A DNA stretch of 13,847 nt, from positions 1 through 13,847 of the forward strand of contig CAXSGP010000024.1 in NCBI GenBank assembly GCA_964236955.1. Direction: 5' to 3'. The DNA comes from an uncultured Oligoflexus sp. Its GTDB lineage: Bacteria; Bdellovibrionota_B; Oligoflexia; Oligoflexales; Oligoflexaceae. How positions within the stretch are numbered: position 1 is the stretch's first letter; each line of letters opens with the position of its first letter. The notes beneath the pieces are model-generated. The model did not search any database, was not told where the DNA came from, and worked only from the letters and a program-made list of their open reading frames with translations. Below are positions 8,058-13,847 of this stretch, piece by piece. Made by a program: the position numbers and the translations under genes.

Positions 8058-9920
8058 CTACGGCACTAATCCTTCTTTCAAAGCCCTCAGCTTGTCTTGA
8101 ATAGAATTGATTTTCGGCGCGTCCACCTTGACTGTCTGCGGCCTTTCCAGGCCCGATTGCAGGGTCTCCTGAGCCGCGGCTTTTCGTTGGCTCTCGCCCT
8201 TCAAGGCGTCGAGGCGCGAGATGAGATTAAGGCGTTTCTCGGCAGTTTTTGCGGGGGCAACGGCCGCCTCCCCGCGAGCTAATGCGTTTGCTGCGGTAGG
8301 CGCCGGCGCGGGCCTGCCCGGGGCTGTCCTGGGAGGCGATGGTTTTTGTGTCAAGCTGAGGCATGCCATTGCAATCTCAGGTAGAGCTGCATCCGTTCGG
8401 ATAGGAGGCGGCGCCTCGATCCCATACTTCAGCATAAAGCCAGTGGCCTGCTCCAGATGCCAGGCAAGATAGGGGGAGGGCCCCTTTTCTCTCGCATCGA
8501 TAAATAAAGCCTCCAACACGTCTCCCGAAATTTTAAGCGCACTGGGAATCCATCCCGCCACTCTCAGGATGCCTTCAGCACGAGACAGCTTTGCTTCGGG
8601 ACTTACATTGTATTCCTCGGCAATGGCGCGATAGCGAAGGAGCGGCATGCCATCGATTCCGGCAAGGACCGTTGCGGGGTCAAGATTCATAAGGATTTTA
8701 TGGGTCTCAGCTAAGGACAAGGCTTTCTTTAGTTTAAGAAAGGCTTGAGGATCGGTCACACGAATACGGGCGATCGCTTCCGCTTCCCGGAGGGGATCCT
8801 TACCAGAACCCCGCCACGACCTCTGCAGGCCTGCCGCTTCAAAGGCATTGTACTGCAACTGATGCCGCTGACGATCGACAATGTCGATCACAACGCACGA
8901 TGTCTTAGCCGGATGAATTCGTAAGCCCCGCCCGAGACACTGGCTGTAAACGAGGGGTGACGTCGTCGGTCGGGCCAGGAGCACACACTCGATGCTTGGA
9001 TCATCAAAGCCTTCGGTCAGGACGCCAAAATTCGTCAAGACCTGTATCCTGCCTTCACGAAAGGCCTGAATATTGGCATCACGGTCATGACTTTGGCCGG
9101 TGATACAGGCCGCGCTCATACCCGCTTCATTAAAGTCGCTGGCCAGGTCCTGCGCATGAGAAACGGATGCACAGAAGGCAAGGGTCTTTTTTCCTAACGC
9201 TTTTTCGAGGCACGCCCGCAGGGTGAGGGCGCGCATCTCGGGGCTGTTCATGATCTTACCAAGCAGGGTCGTTTGAAAATCGCCCTTTTGGTCAAGCTGT
9301 ACGTCCCCTAAGCCAAGCGAAGCCTCTATGGTAAAATAATTCATCGGCACGAGAAAACCGCGGTCTTGCAGTTCACCAAGCGAAATTTCAAAAGCGGTTT
9401 CATTAAAGAGCTGGGAGATGCAGCGACCATCACTTCGTTTCGGAGTCGCCGTTAAACCGATCAGCAAAGTGTCGGGGTTTTTAGCGAAATGCCCAATCGT
9501 GTCCAGCCAGGTCTTTGCGAAGGCATGATGGCATTCATCGACAATGACTAGACCAAAGCTTTGGGGATCGTAGGACTCAAGGCGGCCCGCCAGCGTTTGA
9601 ATCGAAGCGACCACCACCCTTGCATGAGCGTCAGCATAACGTTCAGCCTGCTCTATCGTCACCTTTTCTATACCGATCCGCCTACTGATTTTCTCAGCCG
9701 ATTGATCGAGAATCTCGCGCCTGTGAGCGAGGAAAAGGACCCGTCGCTGGCCTATCAGGCTGAGCATCTGCTCGATGATGAGCGCTGCAATCACGGTCTT
9801 ACCGGCGCCAGTGGGCAGGCGCAGAAGAAGCTGCCTTCTATTTTGGTGATAACGATTCAGGACAGAATTAACTGCGTCGGATTGATAAGTTCGACTTTGG
9901 AATTCCACAGGGCCTGCCAT
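8058..9920 (-). CDS. Superfamily 2 DEAD/DEAH-box helicase (ResIII/Irc3/RadD-like) with a low-complexity C-terminal tail
   Basis: Q-motif RTYQ, Walker A LPTGAGKT, LFLAHRREIL, DECHH, GLTATP, FCASVSHA, VLTEGFDDP, LLARPTTS and QCLGRGLR. No RadD-type CxxC zinc finger after the core. Confidence 0.9.
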   Translation of the reverse strand: MAGPVEFQSRTYQSDAVNSVLNRYHQNRRQLLLRLPTGAGKTVIAALIIEQMLSLIGQRRVLFLAHRREILDQSAEKISRRIGIEKVTIEQAERYADAHARVVVASIQTLAGRLESYDPQSFGLVIVDECHHAFAKTWLDTIGHFAKNPDTLLIGLTATPKRSDGRCISQLFNETAFEISLGELQDRGFLVPMNYFTIEASLGLGDVQLDQKGDFQTTLLGKIMNSPEMRALTLRACLEKALGKKTLAFCASVSHAQDLASDFNEAGMSAACITGQSHDRDANIQAFREGRIQVLTNFGVLTEGFDDPSIECVLLARPTTSPLVYSQCLGRGLRIHPAKTSCVVIDIVDRQRHQLQYNAFEAAGLQRSWRGSGKDPLREAEAIARIRVTDPQAFLKLKKALSLAETHKILMNLDPATVLAGIDGMPLLRYRAIAEEYNVSPEAKLSRAEGILRVAGWIPSALKISGDVLEALFIDAREKGPSPYLAWHLEQATGFMLKYGIEAPPPIRTDAALPEIAMACLSLTQKPSPPRTAPGRPAPAPTAANALARGEAAVAPAKTAEKRLNLISRLDALKGESQRKAAAQETLQSGLERPQTVKVDAPKINSIQDKLRALKEGLVP

Positions 9921-10135
9921 GGGACGAAATGATGGGTGATCTTAACAGAAAACATTCGGGAAGGCTGCTGGCTTCCGCTTTCTTCTCTATAGAAAAATTG
10001 CTAACTCGATGGGACTAGACCTTGCAATATCATGAACCATTAGTTACTCATTTCTTAGACACAGCCGCTTGGCAAGTTTATGCACATGTCAATTTTAGCA
10101 TCTTCTCATTCGGCATTTGGCTCTCATTCGCATCT

Positions 10136-10149
10136 TTGATAAGAATCAA
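10136..10149. promoter_or_regulatory. FNR-type (Crp/Fnr family) palindromic binding site
   Basis: TTGAT-AAGA-ATCAA is an exact match to the FNR consensus TTGAT-N4-ATCAA and lies in an intergenic region. Confidence 0.55.
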
Positions 10150-10189
10150 GAGTCAAATGCCCCTTTTTCGTTTGCGTTTATAAAAAGCT

Positions 10190-10385
10190 CCCCACCCTGA
10201 TAACGGAAGCAAAGCGCTCGCGCGCAGCCCTAATAACGGGCTTGGGAATGGTCTTCGAACTATCCCTGGCATCGTCGGTGACCCAGACCCTCTTTTAGGA
10301 AAGTATAGTTTCTTCCGCCCGGGACAGGATAGACCCAAGCAAAGCGGAAAATGCCAAAAGCCCGCTTACTAAAAGCAGGCTTTTG
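10190..10385. ncRNA. Candidate structured non-coding RNA (family unknown, strand uncertain)
   Basis: GC-rich segment with several complementary pairings: AGCCC/GGGCT at 10226-10242; GCTTGGG 10240-10246 with CCCAAGC 10334-10340; CTATCC(C)TG 10260-10268 with CAGGATAG 10325-10332. It lies between the FNR-type box and a bidirectional terminator. Confidence 0.25.
10355..10385 (-). terminator. Intrinsic terminator of rpmG (potentially bidirectional)
   Basis: The minus strand reads CAAAAGCCTGCT-TTTAGTA-AGCGGGCTTTTG, 45 nt after the rpmG stop, with A4/T4 flanks on both sides. Confidence 0.8.
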
Positions 10386-10429
10386 ATATCTTCGGCAGCA
10401 TCTTACACTGGGATCAAAGCTCACTCAAA

Positions 10430-10597
10430 CTACTTGATCTTAGCTTCTTTGAAGATCACATGCTGTTTGACTTTTGGGTCAAACTTACGCAGGGCTAATT
10501 TGGCCCCACCGCGCTTTTTAGATGTCGTATAGAAAAAGCCTGTTCCGGCGGAAGAAACAAGGCGAATAAGTTCGCGGGAATTTTTACCTTTTGCCAT
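10430..10597 (-). CDS. rpmG: 50S ribosomal protein L33, cysteine-free (C-) type
   Basis: 55 aa: [55 protein letters not shown]. The AAGGA RBS before ATG 10597 shows that the ORF-track start at 10687 is too long. Confidence 0.97.
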   Translation of the reverse strand: MAKGKNSRELIRLVSSAGTGFFYTTSKKRGGAKLALRKFDPKVKQHVIFKEAKIK

Positions 10598-10779
10598 CTT
10601 GGTGATCCTTAACTCGAAGAAAACGTCTATGAGAAAGCAGGTACAATCCATTAACAGAACTTCGCCGTCGAGTTCAACAAAAAACAAGTCTTTCCGTGAT
10701 TTCTGTCGCTTGGTTCCTGGGAAGGACTGCGGTATCTATAAGACAGCAATGATATGATAATGCGCAAAGGAGTAACCCA

Positions 10780-11064
10780 GTGACCTTAGTGGAACGCATG
10801 AATGAAGATATGAAAAACGCGATGAGAGCCAAAGATAAGTTTAAAACTCAGGTCTTACGTATGGTGCTCTCCGATTTTAAATATGCAATGACGGCCAAAG
10901 AGCGCACCGACACCCTCGATGATGAAAGTGCTGGCAAGGTCGTAAAAGCGTACCATAAGAAGCTTAAAAAATCTTATGATGCTTTTCCCGAAACTGAGAC
11001 AGAAAGGCGCGCTGACATTCAAAAAGAAATTGCAATTGTCGAGAGCTACCTTCCACCTGTCTGA
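10780..11064 (+). CDS. yqeY: GatB/YqeY-domain protein, short form (94 aa)
   Basis: MTLVERMNEDMKNAMRAKDK...LRMVLSDFK...LDDE...EIAIVESYLP matches the YqeY N-terminal region. GTG start with an AAGGAG RBS. Confidence 0.85.
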   Translation: MTLVERMNEDMKNAMRAKDKFKTQVLRMVLSDFKYAMTAKERTDTLDDESAGKVVKAYHKKLKKSYDAFPETETERRADIQKEIAIVESYLPPV

Positions 11065-11127
11065 TAACCCTTCGGCGCAAGCCTTGATAGGGGCCGCTGC
11101 GATCTATATCCCTGGCAGGAGGCCTCC

Positions 11128-11868
11128 GTGATAGAAGAATTGGAACGACTCGCTCGTGCAGCAGGGGCGGCTATCCTCACTGTCTATAAGAACAACGCCT
11201 ATCAGGTCGGCATAAAATCCGACCATTCGCCTGTGACGGAGGCGGACCTCCTATCGAACCGCATCATTGTCGAAGGTCTTAAGCAGCTTGGGAACTATCC
11301 CTACATTTCGGAAGAGGAAACCCCAAAGGTCTATCCTGAGCCCCCTCGCCGCTATTGGTTGATTGATCCCCTCGATGGCACGAAGGAGTTTGTTGCTCGG
11401 CGCGATAACTTTACCGTTAATATTGCTTTGATTGAAAACAAGGCACCCGTGGTCGCTGTCGTTTATGCCCCGGTCTCCGGTGAACTCTTCTCGGCCTATT
11501 ACGGAGTCTATCGCGAAAATGGCCAGGTCGAGACGAAGAGGACTTGGGCTGAAGGGTGTATTCTTCTCTCAAGCCGTTCGCATCCGGAGCCTTCCCTGGC
11601 AGCCTTCATCGATCGCAACAGCATCACTGAACATAGGCGCATCGGCTCCTCGATCAAGTTCTGTCGTGTCGCGAGTGGAGCGGCCCACCTTTATCCTCGT
11701 TTCGGGCCGCTAAGAGCCTGGGATACTGCGGCGGGTGATGGGGTCGCACGGGCCGCCGGTTGTCGGCTCATTGCCTGGGCAACCGGTCTGGCCCCCACGT
11801 ATGAATACGATAAACCCTGGACCGAAGCCTTTTGCCTAAGCGCGCCCCACCTTTCGGTAAGGCCTTAA
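11128..11868 (+). CDS. cysQ: 3'(2'),5'-bisphosphate nucleotidase CysQ (inositol monophosphatase superfamily)
   Basis: Motifs KSDHSPVTEADL, ISEE, WLIDPLDGTKEF, FTVNIALI, SRSH, GSSIKFCRVASG, LYPRFGP and WDTAAG. GTG start with an AGGAGG RBS. Confidence 0.93.
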   Translation: MIEELERLARAAGAAILTVYKNNAYQVGIKSDHSPVTEADLLSNRIIVEGLKQLGNYPYISEEETPKVYPEPPRRYWLIDPLDGTKEFVARRDNFTVNIALIENKAPVVAVVYAPVSGELFSAYYGVYRENGQVETKRTWAEGCILLSSRSHPEPSLAAFIDRNSITEHRRIGSSIKFCRVASGAAHLYPRFGPLRAWDTAAGDGVARAAGCRLIAWATGLAPTYEYDKPWTEAFCLSAPHLSVRP

Positions 11869-12050
11869 ATTGCTGCGGGCCGTCCAAACAAAGCTTGTCC
11901 TCGCGGGCCTGATGGAAGACAATAATGTGAGAATAATCCCTTATTGTTGCTCGAATTGCCGCGCGTCGATGCCGTTCCTTAGTCTTTTCCCAGAATGGAC
12001 CAGGTAGAACCGTCAAAGGCCCGGGGTCTTGTCGTTGAGGCGAATGTTTC

Positions 12051-13562
12051 ATGCGATTTTTTTTGCCACTGCTTTTCGCTACGCTGTGGGCGAGTGATCT
12101 TCTCGCTGTAAACCTCAGCACCATGCGCAACTCACTGTTCAAGATACACGTTGTATCCCAGACTCCGAATTACGAGCAGCCGTGGACACAGGACTCGGTC
12201 CGCGGATCCTCCGGCACCGGATTTTATATAGGCAAAGAGGGAATCCTCACCAACGCCCATGTCGTGGCCGATGGAAAATTCATAACCGTTCAACGCGATG
12301 GTGACGACAAGCCCATGACCGCCCGGGTGCGGTTTATTGCACACGACTGTGATTTAGCGCTCCTTGAGGTATCGGATCCAAACTATTTTAGAGGCATGAC
12401 GCCGCTTCAATTCGCTGATTTTCCCGAAGTACGCGCCAGCGTCAATACCATTGGCTATCCGACGGGCGGCGAGCAGCTGTCCGTGACCCAGGGAGTCGTC
12501 TCGCGGGTCAGCTACCGGCGCTATGTTCACACCGGTGCGGATTCCCACTTACTCGTCCAGGTCGATGCCGCGATCAATCCCGGCAACAGCGGGGGTCCGG
12601 TTATACAGAAGGAAAAAGTTGTCGGCGTTGCTTTTCAATCCCAAGCCGCAGCGGAAAACACGGGCTATATCATACCGACCCCGGTAGTAAAAAGGTTTCT
12701 GAACGATATCAAGGACGGCCATTACGATGGGCATCCGGTGCAGGGTTTTTGGTATATGGAAGGTGCCCTGGAAAATGCCGCGACCCGCGAGTTCCACAAG
12801 CTCAAAAAAGGCGATGGCGGCGTCAAGATTAGTCAGGTCGCGCCCTATTCACCGGCTAAAGGTGTTTTGGTCCCCGGCGATATACTCCTGTCGATCGATG
12901 GCAAATCGATAGGCGTCGATGGCAAAATCGTGATGTTTAATGAAAGACTAAGTTTTCGGGCCTTTTATGATCTCAAACAACGAGGTGATAAAGTCCACCT
13001 GGAAATCCTTAGAGACGGTGTTCGCAAAAAGCTTGAATTCGTTCTGCAGGCTAAAGACCTCTTCTATGATCCGGGCCTGAAATATACCTTGAGACCACGC
13101 TACTTCACGGTCGGCGGCTTGGTGTTTAGCGCTCTATCCCGCAATTATCTGCAGGAATGGGGCAAGAACTGGACCTTCGATGCGCCGCTCATCTTAAGGT
13201 TCGTGCAAACTTTTGCAACCGACCTTAAACTCTTTCAAGGCAAACGCGATATCGTCGTGCTTAGCGAACGCCTGGCCCACCCGGTAAATACCTATGCTGG
13301 ACCCTTTATGGAGGAAATCCTGCTCAAACTTAATGGGCAGGTGATCAACTCCGTCGAAGACATTGCCCGCATCATCGACGCCGATAAAAGTGAATTCCTG
13401 ATCTTCGAATTCCTGGACCAGCAAACGCCGTTGGTGCTTGAGAGGAAGGCGGCCCTCGAAGCCAATGCTTCGATCATGCAGCAGTATCAGATTCCCCTTG
13501 CGAAATGGTTCGGCTCCGAACAAGAAGATGGCGCAACAGCAGACTGGGAGGGCGAAGGTTAA
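12051..13562 (+). CDS. Secreted HtrA/Deg-family serine protease with two PDZ-type domains (plant Deg2/Deg9/Deg10-like)
   Basis: Signal peptide; intact triad TNAH70VV, DCDLALL and AAINPGNSGGP; N-terminal PNYEQPW motif; IGYPTGG..LSVTQGVVSR; PDZ (GDILLSIDG); second PDZ-like domain starting PRYFTVGGLVFSALSRNYL. Confidence 0.93.
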   Translation: MRFFLPLLFATLWASDLLAVNLSTMRNSLFKIHVVSQTPNYEQPWTQDSVRGSSGTGFYIGKEGILTNAHVVADGKFITVQRDGDDKPMTARVRFIAHDCDLALLEVSDPNYFRGMTPLQFADFPEVRASVNTIGYPTGGEQLSVTQGVVSRVSYRRYVHTGADSHLLVQVDAAINPGNSGGPVIQKEKVVGVAFQSQAAAENTGYIIPTPVVKRFLNDIKDGHYDGHPVQGFWYMEGALENAATREFHKLKKGDGGVKISQVAPYSPAKGVLVPGDILLSIDGKSIGVDGKIVMFNERLSFRAFYDLKQRGDKVHLEILRDGVRKKLEFVLQAKDLFYDPGLKYTLRPRYFTVGGLVFSALSRNYLQEWGKNWTFDAPLILRFVQTFATDLKLFQGKRDIVVLSERLAHPVNTYAGPFMEEILLKLNGQVINSVEDIARIIDADKSEFLIFEFLDQQTPLVLERKAALEANASIMQQYQIPLAKWFGSEQEDGATADWEGEG

Positions 13563-13847
13563 TGACTCACATCCGGACAGCTTTCAAACATGTCTTTATC
13601 GTCTTTTCCCTTCTTTTCTCGATGCAGGGCCTAGCGTCCGATCGCTTGGAATCGAGTATCATCCGTGTCTATTCCTATGTGCAAAAACCTGATTTTGATT
13701 CGCCCTGGACCACCAAGCAGACCGAAAAACTCGTGCATATGGGGCTTATAGTCGGTGATCATAAAGTGCTTGTTTCGGCCTACGCGGCACGCTCAGCGAA
13801 GCATTTTGAAGCGGAAAAAATAGGGGAATCAAAGCGCTATGCCCTAA
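13562..13847 (+). CDS. 5' part of a second exported Deg-like protein, probably catalytically inactive (runs off the window)
   Basis: The ATG overlaps the upstream TAA (TAATG) and the frame stays open to the window end: MTHIRTAFKHVFIVFSLLFSMQGLASDRLESSIIRVYSYVQKPDFDSPWTTKQTEKLVHMGLIVGDHKVLVSAYAARSAKHFEAEKIGESKRYAL. It has a signal peptide and clear similarity to the upstream protease N-terminus. Confidence 0.85.
   Translation, partial: MTHIRTAFKHVFIVFSLLFSMQGLASDRLESSIIRVYSYVQKPDFDSPWTTKQTEKLVHMGLIVGDHKVLVSAYAARSAKHFEAEKIGESKRYAL

Noticed and set aside
7898..8104. 68-aa plus-strand ORF
   Set aside because: No RBS, it overlaps the helicase 3' end in antisense, and it has no recognisable features.
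8058..9920. Helicase as part of a restriction or anti-phage system
   Set aside because: There is no methyltransferase, nuclease domain or other defence gene nearby. A solitary Irc3/RadD-like repair helicase is the simpler reading.
10011..10085. Sigma54-like motifs GGGACTAGACCTTGCA and TGGCAAGTTTATGCA
   Set aside because: The first has GG-N10-GC spacing but a poor -24 element. The second has only 9 nt between GG and GC.
10205..10319. tRNA-Sec-like ends (GGAAG...CTTCCGCC)
   Set aside because: The span is about 115 nt, too long, with no UCA anticodon arm, no properly placed T-loop and no CCA end.
10153..10338. 61-aa minus-strand ORF across the structured segment
   Set aside because: TTG start with no clear RBS, lying just past the rpmG terminator, and the Arg/Pro/Gly-rich composition is typical of spurious ORFs.
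2069..11868. A sulfur/thiol gene cluster linking gshA and cysQ
   Set aside because: The genes are about 7.6 kb apart and separated by unrelated, oppositely oriented genes and terminators.

Overview
Bacterial chromosomal window of mostly housekeeping genes. I see no mobile element, CRISPR array or clear defence island. The gene repertoire loosely suggests a Bdellovibrionota/Oligoflexia- or deltaproteobacterium-like host (inference only). In order: tRNA-Gly(GCC) on the minus strand with its sigma70 promoter; an unknown Trp-rich ORF; an ExbB/TolQ-ExbD/TolR motor pair with no adjacent TonB/TolA; a plant/alphaproteobacterial-type glutamate-cysteine ligase; a ~1020-aa NAD-glutamate dehydrogenase of the fungal GDH2-like class; a YtfJ-family exported protein (-); an Irc3/RadD-like SF2 helicase (-); a ~500-bp intergenic region with a perfect FNR-type box and a structured GC-rich segment; a cysteine-free L33 (rpmG, -); a short YqeY; CysQ; a secreted Deg2/Deg9-like HtrA protease; and the 5' part of a translationally coupled paralog that the ORF track missed. 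In that paralog the catalytic His aligns without gaps to a Tyr. The two most interesting observations are this probable protease/pseudoprotease pair and the candidate Crp/Fnr-regulated structured RNA at about 10190-10385. No database searches were run.
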